Source: an uncultured virus (IMG/VR IMGVR_UViG_3300042869_000764)
Taxonomy: Duplodnaviria > Heunggongvirae > Uroviricota > Caudoviricetes
Strand: one strand, 5' to 3'
DNA length: 64,000 bases
IMG/VR virus record: IMGVR_UViG_3300042869_000764
The notes beneath the pieces were generated by a model that saw nothing but the letters and a program-made list of their open reading frames with translations, was not told the DNA's origin and made no database searches. Shown here in pieces: positions 45,852 to 57,400 of this stretch (the first letter of the stretch is position 1; every line of letters starts with the position of its first letter). Position numbers and translations under genes: made by a program.

Positions 45852-47653
45852 TACAGCACCAATACTTCAATGATATTGCCAGTTCGTGTTCCGGTTGATT
45901 CTAGAGCAACTGCAAACACATTGGCATAATTACCGTGGGCTGCCATAGCTGTGCCGCTTGGGCCAGCTATCAGTCTATCTCCTTTTGTTACTGAACCGTA
46001 TGCCTTACATGGAACCCTTCCTTTGAGAGCAACATATATCCCACCTTCGAGATCTTTGTTCATCATAAAAGCAGGATCTGCACTAACGACTCCTATAGCA
46101 CGAGTATTAACATCACCGGCTGTAACTTCTTTTTCTCCACCTATTATCATCACTGTTCCTGCTTCGTATTCTTTATCAGCAAGATATTTTTCAGCTAAAT
46201 CTGCATAACGAGCAGCTGTGGCTGTGCCATTAAAAATATTTGCGGTGATGTTACCGCTGACATCTCTAGCTGCTATACTGTAAGCTGTGGCTGTGATTCT
46301 TGCAGTTCTATATTGAGTGCTGGCTGTGCCATCCGCCCACGTAGGATCAATTCTTGCGTTGGTTCTATCGATGAACGTTCTATCAGCGTTGTCTGCTATA
46401 CCTACAAATTGATTGGCTAATATATCGCCGTTGGAGTTTCGCACAGCTATTGTCGAAATTGCTAATCCAGGTATAACAGCACTCGGATCTAAATTGTTTA
46501 GTTTACTGGCATTTACCGCTGTTGACGCAGACCCAGTAACTGACCCAGTAAGAGTACCAATAATATTAGCACCGGCAAATCCTATTTCTTTCGTCGTAGC
46601 GTTTATCAGAACTGTACTGTCATTGGCTAACACATTACCTGTATGAACTCCTGTGGTGTTTCCGGTCACTGCTCCGGTTAATGCACCGGTGAATGCTGTA
46701 GAAAAAACATTGCTCCACCGCTTTGTAGTTGATCCTAATGTGTATGCATTAGAGATACCAGGTTCTACGCCTGTGCGTTTTATAATCGCAATATCTCTCT
46801 CATCGATAACATCGTCTACTGTGATCCTAAATGTTATATCATTGCCTAAACGATTTTCTACAATTACATCAGTACCGTTTTCAACCCTGACTCTGAGATC
46901 GTTGCCATCGCCCAATTGAAATCCAGGATCACCAAAATTCACTTCAGAAATAAATGCACTTTCACCTGTTTTAATATATTGATCAGCGGTGAACCCGCCT
47001 AGCTTGGTAGCATTGCTTGCGGTGCCCCAAAAGGTAAAATCATCCGTAGAAACACCAGTCTGTGATTTTACTAATGTTACACCTTTCTTAATCACTGTGA
47101 AATCGTCAATGGGGTTTTTACTAGTGTCGAGAGTAAAAGCAGTCTTGCTGATCACAGCTATGGTTTTGTTGTCTGCTATGACTTTAAGTATAGTATGAGG
47201 ACCTTCTGCAGTAGCCAATGTTCCATATACCACTGCCGGACTAATAATTGATGTGCCTAGATCGGGACTAGCTATAGGACCAATGAGTGTGAAATCATTC
47301 CCGGTGTATGTATACAACTGTTTAGCCGCTGTGTCCCACCAAAAATCACCGATAGATAATCCACTAGGTGCTGATGCGCTGGCTTCAGCACCACCGGCTG
47401 TTTTAAACTTAGCGCCATCATAAAATTTTAGTTTTTTAATTGCTGTATCAAACCAAATTTGTCCGGTTATGGCTTTTGGTGGTGCTGTTGTATTGGCAAA
47501 ATTTTCCAATAGGTGCACAAAATTTTCATTCTGCACTTCGCCGTAACCTGCGTAATTTTTACCTACTAGCCTTAGGTCGGTATTGGTGTCGATGGTGCCG
47601 TCGGCTACAGACGTTAAAAATACACCGTTAAATTTGTTGACTTCATATGCCAT
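45851..47653 (-). CDS. Tail fibre protein with C-terminal autocleaving chaperone-like (peptidase G2-type) domain
   Basis: Shared N-terminal module; C-terminal YADLAEKY...GVVS..PA..MN...VALKGRVPCK. Confidence 0.7.
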   Translation of the reverse strand: MAYEVNKFNGVFLTSVADGTIDTNTDLRLVGKNYAGYGEVQNENFVHLLENFANTTAPPKAITGQIWFDTAIKKLKFYDGAKFKTAGGAEASASAPSGLSIGDFWWDTAAKQLYTYTGNDFTLIGPIASPDLGTSIISPAVVYGTLATAEGPHTILKVIADNKTIAVISKTAFTLDTSKNPIDDFTVIKKGVTLVKSQTGVSTDDFTFWGTASNATKLGGFTADQYIKTGESAFISEVNFGDPGFQLGDGNDLRVRVENGTDVIVENRLGNDITFRITVDDVIDERDIAIIKRTGVEPGISNAYTLGSTTKRWSNVFSTAFTGALTGAVTGNTTGVHTGNVLANDSTVLINATTKEIGFAGANIIGTLTGSVTGSASTAVNASKLNNLDPSAVIPGLAISTIAVRNSNGDILANQFVGIADNADRTFIDRTNARIDPTWADGTASTQYRTARITATAYSIAARDVSGNITANIFNGTATAARYADLAEKYLADKEYEAGTVMIIGGEKEVTAGDVNTRAIGVVSADPAFMMNKDLEGGIYVALKGRVPCKAYGSVTKGDRLIAGPSGTAMAAHGNYANVFAVALESTGTRTGNIIEVLVL

Positions 47654-47680
47654 GTTAGTAAGAACCTCTGCTATGTTTTA

Positions 47681-47688
47681 TATTTATC
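47681..47688 (-). promoter_or_regulatory. Late promoter motif GATAAATA
   Basis: Intergenic, upstream of SD GAGG and ATG 47653. Confidence 0.55.
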
Positions 47689-47701
47689 TATTCAAATACT
47701 A

Positions 47702-49804
47702 TTAGTTTCTTCCAACTAAAACTTCAATAATTCCTTCAGTTCCGTCAAAATTTTCTAAAGATTTACCTATTATATTACCGAACTTCGGTTGATTAGTTGC
47801 TTTAGCAAACCCGTTACCGGCGCTGACTAACATATCACCTTTATTAATTTTTCCTGTAACTTTACACGGAACTCGCCCTTGCAATGCTACAGCAACTACA
47901 TTGTTGCCTGCACACAAGGAATTCATTAAATACGCAGGATTAGTAGAAACAACACCAGCAATTTTATTAGTTTCTGGGTGAGCTAAAGTAACTTCATATT
48001 CTCCGCCAATTTCCAAAACTGTGCCAGGTTCATATTCTCTGTCAGCTACATAATTTTCTGCTAGATCCGCATACTGAGCAGTTGTTGCTGTTCCTCTAAA
48101 TAACCCGGTGGTAAAAATATCATTACTACCTGTATCTAAAACTTTGTTTAAAACCCACTTGTTACCAATGCTTGAATACATAACCGAAGCGCCAGACCCA
48201 TTAATAAATATACCAGCACCGTTAGCTTCAGCTGCTGTAGCTGCTCCGCTGGCCAATGTTATTAATTTGTCTTCGATTGTAAGTTCTGTAGAATTGACTG
48301 CTGTTACATTTCCTTGAACTGTTAAATTTCCAGTTACAATTAAATTGCCGTTAGCTGTTATATCATTACCAGGGTCTGCCGACGTTATGCTATTAACTTC
48401 AACATTAGTGCCCTTGAAATATGTTGCATACACATTCTTAAATTTATGACCTGGAATACCTAAATTTGATGTATTATCAGAAATAATTGCAGGCTCGTTA
48501 GGACCGCCTAAAGACAATGATTCCGGAGCATCTATAAACGATAACTCGGGTCCTATTCCTAACATATCAAATTTTAATTTTCCGCTAGTAGATCTTATCG
48601 TAGGACCACTCGAATGAACAAACAACCTCAGTTGATTTCCACTGCCTAACAATATTCCAGTGTCACTGACATTCAACGAACTCAGTGTTCCTAGCTGTGT
48701 GAGTCCACTCAGTGTCACAGAATTATTAAGACTGCTTCCCGTCAAGGTTGCAGCATCAGCTGTGACTGTGATATTGTTAGAACCATCAAAATTCACACCA
48801 TTAATAGTTCTAGCAGTAGCTAATCTAGTAGCAGTGTTTGCATTTCCGGACAACTGTTCACCAATAAATTGGGTGGCCTGAACTATGTTAAATGTGCTGG
48901 TTCCGCTGGTTGCTGTGACATTTCCGGTAAGGTTGCCAACGAAATCTGCTGTAATGATACCTGCTGAAAACCCGCCCTGTGAATTTCTGGCAACTATCTT
49001 GCCTATAAGATTGGCAGACGATGCGTCTACGTTCCATGTTCTTTCCACCGCACCATTGAAATCTGATCCTACAATATAATCACCTTTTTTCAATGTATTG
49101 GTAGTATTTGCTGTGATTGTGATATTTGACGCAGCTGTAAATGGTACTCCATTGATTAGTCTAGGTGTTGATAACTGATCAGCTGTGGCAGCATTGCCGG
49201 TTACACTGCCATTGATCTTGGCTGTGCTAGAAAGATTGATTCCCACCAATAGACTGTTGCCGAACCCCTCAACTTGATTGTTTGTGTTGATAGTAAAAGC
49301 TGCCGCAGTGCAGATAGCAAATATCACGCCATTGGTTTCTAAGAATATCACTGGACGAGGATTACCGGTATTGTCGTCCAGTGTTCCTGATCTTGCTTTG
49401 GTAGATCCAAATCCTTCTACGGCCTCTGGACCTATCAATCTCCATGATGTACCGGTATATGTAAACAATTGATTGATAGGAGTCTTGAACCATAACGATC
49501 CCGGGCTAGCACTGGATGGGACTGTTGCACTCACAATAGCAGATCCTATAGGATTCCATTGTGTGCCATCATAGGCATGAGCTATGTCGTTTGTGGTATT
49601 AAACCATATCTGTCCAGTCAACGGTCTTGATGGAGGAGCTGTATTAGCAAAATTTTCTAAGAGGAACACAAAATTTTCATTCTGTATTTCGCCATAGCCT
49701 ACATAGTTTCTACCAACCAATCCTAGACTAGTAGTAGTATCAATGGTGCCATCTTGCAACACCACTAATTGTTCCTTGTTGAACTTGTTTATTACATAGG
49801 CCAT
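47702..49804 (-). CDS. Tail fibre protein with C-terminal autocleaving chaperone-like domain
   Basis: Shared N-module; GNA.TA..L.T.R.INGV.F repeats; YADLAENY...VALQGRVPCK. Confidence 0.7.
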   Translation of the reverse strand: MAYVINKFNKEQLVVLQDGTIDTTTSLGLVGRNYVGYGEIQNENFVFLLENFANTAPPSRPLTGQIWFNTTNDIAHAYDGTQWNPIGSAIVSATVPSSASPGSLWFKTPINQLFTYTGTSWRLIGPEAVEGFGSTKARSGTLDDNTGNPRPVIFLETNGVIFAICTAAAFTINTNNQVEGFGNSLLVGINLSSTAKINGSVTGNAATADQLSTPRLINGVPFTAASNITITANTTNTLKKGDYIVGSDFNGAVERTWNVDASSANLIGKIVARNSQGGFSAGIITADFVGNLTGNVTATSGTSTFNIVQATQFIGEQLSGNANTATRLATARTINGVNFDGSNNITVTADAATLTGSSLNNSVTLSGLTQLGTLSSLNVSDTGILLGSGNQLRLFVHSSGPTIRSTSGKLKFDMLGIGPELSFIDAPESLSLGGPNEPAIISDNTSNLGIPGHKFKNVYATYFKGTNVEVNSITSADPGNDITANGNLIVTGNLTVQGNVTAVNSTELTIEDKLITLASGAATAAEANGAGIFINGSGASVMYSSIGNKWVLNKVLDTGSNDIFTTGLFRGTATTAQYADLAENYVADREYEPGTVLEIGGEYEVTLAHPETNKIAGVVSTNPAYLMNSLCAGNNVVAVALQGRVPCKVTGKINKGDMLVSAGNGFAKATNQPKFGNIIGKSLENFDGTEGIIEVLVGRN

Positions 49805-49823
49805 TTATGCCGCTCCTGATTCA

Positions 49824-51638
49824 TTATGGAGGTAGTGGTAGATCCGACTGCCATGTCCACACTCCTCCGATTATTCGAAATACTTTGATAATTCTTGTTA
49901 CCGAGACACTTGCCGCAGCTATAGTTGCTGTGGGGAAACTAATGTTTGTGATTGCTTGGCTGCTGGCTCCACCAAGATTGGTTAAAAATGCTGCTGTGGA
50001 AATTGACGGTGGCAATGAATTTATACTTAAAGATTGAGCGTTATTGCTTATCAAATTACATAAAATTCTAGCATATGTGAATGCTCTATACTCGCTCACA
50101 GGAGCAAGATTATTCAATATGTTTGTAATAATATATGTATTAGATTTGCCATCGGATAAATCAATAGTAAAAATCACAGGTCTTGATTCCACCCTGTTAT
50201 CTGTATACTCTTTGGTGGCAGCATCTTGAGCTGCCACAGGATCTTGCATGCCGGTGATTCTTGGAGACCCGATCAATGCAACATTTCCTGAGCCGTCTGG
50301 TTCTAACTCAATATCAAAATTCGTACTCACCGTGCTGATTCTGTGATTTTCCAGTCTCATCTGAGTGACTGCAGGAGCACCCGGACCTATGTTAACTACA
50401 GTCTGTGTACCAAAGGAACTAACTCCTGGAATACTTGTAATAGCCGAACCCAGACTGTTGCCATCTATTACCTTAGTTCCGCCAATATATACTGCTCGTC
50501 CTGCGGCTAAATTCAGTGTCTCGGATATATCAAGCCAATTACTACTGTTGTTGTAAGTTATAGTTTTATCTGTAGACGCTTTGATTGTGATACCTGCACC
50601 ATCGGCCGTGATGTTTGTAGGACTAACCACATTAGCTATAACAATATTTTTGTCTTCTATCGCCACTGTTGTGGTATTAATAGTTGTAGTCGTTCCTTCG
50701 ACTGTGAGATTACCATTGACTATTAGATCGCCGCCGGCGACCACTGTGCTGTTGGTAAATCCAGAATATAGATCGATGTTTCTTGTTGCTGCATTAATCG
50801 TGATAGCTGCTTCTTGTGTAATACCCTTTCGAACACTCAACTGAATATTCCTATCAGTTGCAGCATTGCTTATCAATACATCTCCTGCACTAACAAATAG
50901 ATTTGCCTGGCCTGCTGAACCTACTGTGATACCTAAATCACTAGTAATCTGCAGTTGCCCATTTATGCTATTAGAAGTGTCAGTTCTAACATAGGTGGTT
51001 GCCGGAGCTCCGCCTAAACTATCGCTGTTTATACAAGTCGCACGTATTTTAAAATTAGATAATGTGCCTGCATTGAAACCAGGTTCTATATTGCCATTAA
51101 ATCCTATGATTCCTACTTTGGGTGTAAAACTGTCTTTGGAAAAAATTCCCAGTAACACACCATTATTATAAAGACTAGTTACTACCCTAGTTTGATTTAG
51201 TGTATCTAAAATAGTATCTACTCTCAGTCCGCTAAGACCTTGCACACTACTATACGCCGGTGCAAGTAACACCGCTGTAACCCCATCAAAAAAGTATAGT
51301 TGTTTTCCGATATCGTCATACCAAAGGTCACCGGTGGCCAGTGTGCTTGGTTGGGAGCTCGATACCGTAGCCGAACTTACCGGAACAAAAGTAATACCGT
51401 TGTAAACTTTTAATTTTGACTGGCTAGCGTCAAACCATATTTGACCTTTAATGGGGTGTATGGGGGCTGTATTACTAGAAAAATGCTCTAGCAATTTAAT
51501 AAGATTCTCGTTAAATGCTTCGCCGAAACCGCTGAAATTCTTTCCTATAAGAGTGATATCAGTGGAAAGATCGTCGATCTGGCCGTCTGCTACAGTTGCT
51601 ACAATTGTGCCGTCAGTTTTGTTTATTTGATATGCCAT
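49824..51638 (-). CDS. Tail fibre/baseplate-associated protein
   Basis: Shared N-module; GNLTVEGTTTT, EDKNI, DAATKEY fibre motifs. Confidence 0.7.
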   Translation of the reverse strand: MAYQINKTDGTIVATVADGQIDDLSTDITLIGKNFSGFGEAFNENLIKLLEHFSSNTAPIHPIKGQIWFDASQSKLKVYNGITFVPVSSATVSSSQPSTLATGDLWYDDIGKQLYFFDGVTAVLLAPAYSSVQGLSGLRVDTILDTLNQTRVVTSLYNNGVLLGIFSKDSFTPKVGIIGFNGNIEPGFNAGTLSNFKIRATCINSDSLGGAPATTYVRTDTSNSINGQLQITSDLGITVGSAGQANLFVSAGDVLISNAATDRNIQLSVRKGITQEAAITINAATRNIDLYSGFTNSTVVAGGDLIVNGNLTVEGTTTTINTTTVAIEDKNIVIANVVSPTNITADGAGITIKASTDKTITYNNSSNWLDISETLNLAAGRAVYIGGTKVIDGNSLGSAITSIPGVSSFGTQTVVNIGPGAPAVTQMRLENHRISTVSTNFDIELEPDGSGNVALIGSPRITGMQDPVAAQDAATKEYTDNRVESRPVIFTIDLSDGKSNTYIITNILNNLAPVSEYRAFTYARILCNLISNNAQSLSINSLPPSISTAAFLTNLGGASSQAITNISFPTATIAAASVSVTRIIKVFRIIGGVWTWQSDLPLPP

Positions 51639-51649
51639 GTTTTACTCTG

Positions 51650-53767
51650 TTAGAAAGCTGGTGGTCCAGATCTTATAATATAATTCATTGCCAAGAAAGG
51701 ATTCATTAAACCTACTGGTGTTGCTAGTGTTACTCCCACGGCTTTTTTTACTCCGCCGCTGTCTTTGAGATATTGTGCCTGACCTGGGGCTGTTGGGCCA
51801 GGTCCGGAAGTGGCTAACGGATCGAGTGTTGTTGTAAGTGCAACTGCAGAATAGTCTTGAGTGGGAGTTGACAGTGTATGACTGTGTTCTGGTAGGTTCG
51901 GCAATGTCAACGCTACAGAACTTTGTCCTGCTGACCCCCCAAGTATTGTGGCCTGCACATCCGGAACTCGGCCTGCAACGCCGCCGCCAGCATCTACATA
52001 AGGACCTGCAATAGTCGGCACGGTGCCAGCATTATCCATATTATCCTTACCAAGTGCAAATCTACCTCTAAGATCAGGTAATCTAAATGTGTTTACTCCT
52101 AGTAATGGTGTGGCTCCATTATATACATTGCCGATCACATCAAACAGATCTGTAAACTTTACCCTTTCAATTTCTGAACCGTCACAAAACAAGTAACCAT
52201 CAGGAGCAGTAATACCTGCATACGGCAGAATAGCTCCTATCGGCACTGCTAGATCACCAAGAAACACTTCTCTGGTTTGTTTAAGAAGACCAGAACTAGC
52301 TAGAGTGCTTTCACTAGGTCTGTAGGTTAAAATAAAATCGCCTTTTTTGCCACGATTAGGCACCGGAGTTTCTTTACCTGCAATAATATTTGCTGTGAGT
52401 GTGGCATTAAGAATTTTAGTAGAACTGCCTACTTGCCCGTCAAATTGCACAGCCGGTGAAATCACATCACCTGCTAATTGAAAACTAGTAATTGTGCTGA
52501 GAGATGTCGCAGTGTTAGCATTGCCACTGATGTTTCCGTCAAGCACTCCTTGTATAGTATCTGCGATGATTGTTTTGGCACGTATATTATTGAAGCGTCT
52601 TGTTGCAGTGCCTATATCATATGTGTTTGTAATTTTTGGTAATATAAACGCAGTTTGCAGTGGACCGGTAACATCGATGCCGTCGCCGACAATTATGTTT
52701 TTTGCAACTGCAATTCCACCTTGAGTAACAATACTGCCGTTATTTAAATTGGTGCTGGCTAAGCTACTGGTAGTAAAAAAAGAACCTGTGATTTTTGCAT
52801 TGCCTTGAATGTCTAACGCTTCTAGTGGATTGCTTTGATTTATACCAACTTTGTTGTCAACAATTCTTAAAACCGTTGCTGGAATACCGTTGCGATTTGT
52901 CTGTAGATCTATAGAACTGCCTGCAGCAGAGTTATAGATATTACTAGATGTTGTTGTAGCTGATAACTTGAATGTCTCATCAGCACCTATAGAGATACCG
53001 TTATTGTTTTTGATCTTTATTTCAAAATTAGTGGTGTTGATGGTATCTGATCTAAGGAATGTTCCCGCAGCTTTTTCTACTCCCCCTACTAACAATGCTT
53101 GAGCATTTCTTGCTGTGCCATTTAGCACAGGTAAAAATCCCCCTACAAAATTTGCAATTTCACCTGACGTTGCAGGAGCACTGATGTTGATGCCTGATTT
53201 TATCAGAGCAAATCCAGTGATCAAAGTCTTCGGTGTAAAACTGTCTTTGGAAAAAATAATTACAGGAATATCTGCAATATAAAATGTTAAAATAAATCTA
53301 TCTAAGTTATCAGAATCTGATATTTTTTCTATAACCGGTCCATATCTCAAGCCACCAACTGAACTCTCAACCGGCCCAACTAATATCCATCGTGTGCCTG
53401 TGAATATCCGTAGTTGTTGATTGGTAGTGTCTACCCATAATTCTCCTACTTTACTAGTTTCTACTGAAGGTTGACTAACTCCTTTTTGTATTCCGGATGC
53501 TGCTTTCCATGCAGTATTATCCCATATTTTTAGGGTTTGTGTTCCACTTGTACTATCATACCAAAGCTGTCCTTCTACAGGGTTAACTGGTTGACTAGTA
53601 GATGCAAAATTTTCTAGCAGTGATAAAAAATTCTCTGCGATAATCTGACCGTAGCCGGTAACATTACGACCTGGAAATTTGAGACTAGTGTCTGTACTAG
53701 AAGTATTATCAAACACCGTGATAGGACTTTTGTTTTCTTTATCTGTAAAATTAACTATGTATGGCAT
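51650..53767 (-). CDS. Tail fibre protein with tail-collar domain
   Basis: PIGAILPYAG...GYLFCDGS...LFDVIG...FRLPDLRGRF; C-terminal NPFLAMNYII. Confidence 0.8.
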   Translation of the reverse strand: MPYIVNFTDKENKSPITVFDNTSSTDTSLKFPGRNVTGYGQIIAENFLSLLENFASTSQPVNPVEGQLWYDSTSGTQTLKIWDNTAWKAASGIQKGVSQPSVETSKVGELWVDTTNQQLRIFTGTRWILVGPVESSVGGLRYGPVIEKISDSDNLDRFILTFYIADIPVIIFSKDSFTPKTLITGFALIKSGINISAPATSGEIANFVGGFLPVLNGTARNAQALLVGGVEKAAGTFLRSDTINTTNFEIKIKNNNGISIGADETFKLSATTTSSNIYNSAAGSSIDLQTNRNGIPATVLRIVDNKVGINQSNPLEALDIQGNAKITGSFFTTSSLASTNLNNGSIVTQGGIAVAKNIIVGDGIDVTGPLQTAFILPKITNTYDIGTATRRFNNIRAKTIIADTIQGVLDGNISGNANTATSLSTITSFQLAGDVISPAVQFDGQVGSSTKILNATLTANIIAGKETPVPNRGKKGDFILTYRPSESTLASSGLLKQTREVFLGDLAVPIGAILPYAGITAPDGYLFCDGSEIERVKFTDLFDVIGNVYNGATPLLGVNTFRLPDLRGRFALGKDNMDNAGTVPTIAGPYVDAGGGVAGRVPDVQATILGGSAGQSSVALTLPNLPEHSHTLSTPTQDYSAVALTTTLDPLATSGPGPTAPGQAQYLKDSGGVKKAVGVTLATPVGLMNPFLAMNYIIRSGPPAF

Positions 53768-53769
53768 GA

Positions 53770-54444
53770 TTATATCTCAGTGAATCCGGTTAAACTCTGC
53801 ACACGGATAGTGTAGTCAATCTGTAACAGTCTGTTAAGACTTTTCTGCACAGGGTGAAACACCACATGTGTTAATAGTTTTCCCTCAGCACCGTTTTGGC
53901 CGATGCTTTTTAATCCTAATTCATCAAACACAAATTCACCATTCATGTCAACACTGTTGTCAAATGCTTCTTGTTCTAATGGTTCTCCATAATCTAACAA
54001 GCAGCTGATCACAATATCACTATAAGTCGCTCCGCTGATATGTCTAATTTCCATTTTATTTCTTACAGGATCTTGGTTTTCAATAGCATTTTGATCCACT
54101 ACTTTTTGGTAGGTTTGATTATAGAGGCTAGAATTAACACCAACAGTATTGGGTGTAAGATAAGTGATAAGACCTGTAGGATCGACTGTGGTTCCGCCTG
54201 TACCAAAAATCATCTGATATACTGTACCGTATCCTTGATTACTAAGACTGTTGACCATGGCCACACTCATATTTTCATAGTGAATAGCATTGCGTTTGTC
54301 TACAAAAATTTCTTTGGTCTCAGGATCGTGAATCTTGATATGACCTTCAAAATTAAATCCGCCCGTTTCGTTGGGTCGAGATTGTGTATTTTGAGCTGAT
54401 TGATCTTGATTTTTAGGCATTTTTATCTCTTTTTGTTCCATCAT
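53770..54444 (-). CDS. Probable baseplate/tail structural protein
   Basis: FDELGL...LLTHVVFHPVQKS...IDYT; late motif AATAAATA at 54453-54446; start 54444/54441/54420 uncertain. Confidence 0.65.
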   Translation of the reverse strand: MMEQKEIKMPKNQDQSAQNTQSRPNETGGFNFEGHIKIHDPETKEIFVDKRNAIHYENMSVAMVNSLSNQGYGTVYQMIFGTGGTTVDPTGLITYLTPNTVGVNSSLYNQTYQKVVDQNAIENQDPVRNKMEIRHISGATYSDIVISCLLDYGEPLEQEAFDNSVDMNGEFVFDELGLKSIGQNGAEGKLLTHVVFHPVQKSLNRLLQIDYTIRVQSLTGFTEI

Positions 54445-54448
54445 GTAT

Positions 54449-57400
54449 TTATTCAGGGATGTCAGTGGTCTTTTCCACAATGAATCTAGCCACCGGCGTC
54501 AAACTGTCTATTAGACTCACACCATCTGCTGCTGTAGTATTGCCCCTCGTATACCAAGTTTGTCCTAGTCGTTTAAGTACGGTAACCCTAGTTCCAGCAG
54601 GTAACGCAGCGGTTAATCTAATTTGCTGTGAAACACCGTCCACACTAAACTCAGCTTCTTGTGTTTGATCTGCCTCAGGACTTGCCGCTCCATTAATTTC
54701 GGTGTATACATCCTGTGGATCTTTTTTTAATCTACGGCCTGCTGCAAAAACTTCAAGTTGGTCGCACGGTCCATAAGTTAGCGGAATAGATTTTCTATAC
54801 CAGAGACCGCTTCGTGAGCCTTTTACAGGAGTAAAATCCAATGGCCCAATCAGTAATGTGCTACCGTCGCTGGTAAAATCAATCCGCTGTTGTGTTTCAT
54901 TGTAAGGAATCGTTTCACTATACCCTACATCAGCAACCACAGTGTTTATAGCATATGTTTCTGCGATCGATGTTCCTTGCACTCCTCTACGCAGCTGGCT
55001 CAACACATTTCCTGTCTTCAACATATATTCAATGCGTTCGCCCTCAATGAATATAGTTCCTGGTAAATTTCTAGACATAATCGGATGCCCTAACAAACTA
55101 GCATCTGATACTTCTATGGTCGTATCAAAATATCTCAAAGGTTTTGTTAATTTGCATGATGCTTTTGAAAATCTGTTAAAGTGATATACATTTAACATGT
55201 CTTTATGGATTTCGTAAGCTGAGGGCAATTTAAAAATATCATTTCCAAAAGTAATTATTTTGATATCATCGTCAAGTGTGGTCGTGACATTGAGGTACAC
55301 CACTGCTCTTGGCAGGCTCACAAAGTAATCTTTTTCTTGTTGAAGTCTGATGCCGTTTAAGTATACCCATACATAACTGGCCGATATAGGAGATCTAGCC
55401 AATTGATAATTCACTTTGCCGCCTTTGATTTCATCTTGAATAATATCCATAGAAGGATATTCACCAAACCAAGTAACATTGATTGCAGGATATGTTGAAT
55501 CGGATATTGTAGAATCTCCAGGAAATCCAAAATCAAATTCACTGTCAATAATTACATTATTTCCTTGTATAAAATACTGTGCATTTAAATCGTTTTCAAT
55601 TTTGATTTTATCGCCCAGTGATAGCTTTTCTGGTTTGATGATCAATTCCTTGGTAGGACCGTTGAATGTGTAATCAATCACAAACGTGCTGGGATCATCA
55701 TTAATGTAAACTTTTAGATTAGAAGGTAATATGCTGCCTCCTGATTCAAACGGATCTACTCCAAGTATGAACTGATTATTAGTGCCGTCATATATTACGT
55801 AGTTAGTGTCTGGACCTCTAAGTAATTGCCCGTTGACTTCCACAATCGCAGAACTTAGAGACGATCCTCTGGCTAATTCACTAAATCCATCGAGATCAAA
55901 ACTGCGTGTGCTACCTTCGTAATAAAATGTCTGAGTATTTACATTTACTAGGGACAGTCCTAATGAATCCACATCCGACGATGCTGCTAGACATGCTATT
56001 TTAATTACATCGCCAAGCTGAGGTTTTATTGCAAATTCAACTAAAGTTTTTCCTACAGCATCTATGATATCTGTGCTGTTGCGGAAGCCTACATCAACTC
56101 GAGATCCATTTAGTGTAACAAATACACCACTAGTAGCATCATAGTCTGCATTGGTAAGAAATAATCCAGTAGTGCCATCTGCTATGTAACTTTGATAATC
56201 TAATATGCCGAGGCCGCCAATTCCTATGCTTAATATTTCCACTAGTTCGCCTATTGCTGGGGCTGAAATAAAATTCACAGTTGCAGCTGAACGGTCTATG
56301 GTGTAGTGTTGATTCAACGCTTTTGCAGTGTTATCAACATAAACAAATACTGAGGAGTTTTCTAAAACTGTCTGACCTATAGCAAACGCAGTGTCTTGAC
56401 CATTGGAAATAGTAATCTTTGATTGTAACGCAGCTGCTCCGGATGTTTTGTTGTTATATACTTTTATCGAAACACTGTCTATTACTTGTCCTGGTATGTT
56501 TTCTTCAGGTGCCGGAACGTTATCTTTGTCAATGAATGTTCCGCCCAAGATAGATATCTCTTCTGCAGTTTTGCCTGTAGCTGTGGCGTAAGCAGAACTT
56601 ATAGCTGACAACGAGCCACCGCTGAGTTTGGTATCAAGTATATTATCATCTGTAATTACTACAGATCCATCACTGTCTGTAGGACGGAAAATAAGGATAT
56701 CACCATCTTGAGTGCTGATATACGGGCCTATTAATACTACAGCATTTACGCCATCACCTACAAACGTTGGCATTTCTGCTGCAGGATTAACACCTGTGCT
56801 TGAATCTTGTGCCGATGAGTAATTTTCATCATCTATACGCACAGTGATGTTTGTGTTTTTACGTTTGATATATATGTTGATTTGCTGTCCAGCTGCTGGT
56901 ATATATGGTAACGTCACTGATCCGGTGCTTCCGTCCGCTACGTGATAATAATCTGAGCTGATCTCTACTGAATCCCAACTGTCGGTGAACCAAGGCAAGG
57001 CATCCCAACCACCGGTGACATCAAATGTCGTGCCTTGTATTCTCACTCCGCCAAAATCAATACCAGTCATGAGTTGATTTATTTCTTTGCCTGCCATTCC
57101 TGTTTTTGGGTTATAGGACTTTTCTATTCTATTTACAGCATCCAATAACAAAATGTTCTTGTCATAAGTCACTATAATTTCATCATTTATAGTCGGAGCA
57201 GTATTAAATATCAGTTTTCCACGAAGCAAATTATAACCACCGGTGGCTTGATAATACAGAGATACCTGATAGTCACTAGCTAACACAACTTGTGTTTTTT
57301 GCGTGGCAAATATTTTTCTAGTTACCTTGATTCGAGTTTTATCATTAGTCGGTGCATAATTTAAAAAGAATACAGCACTGCTGCCACCGGCAATAAATGT

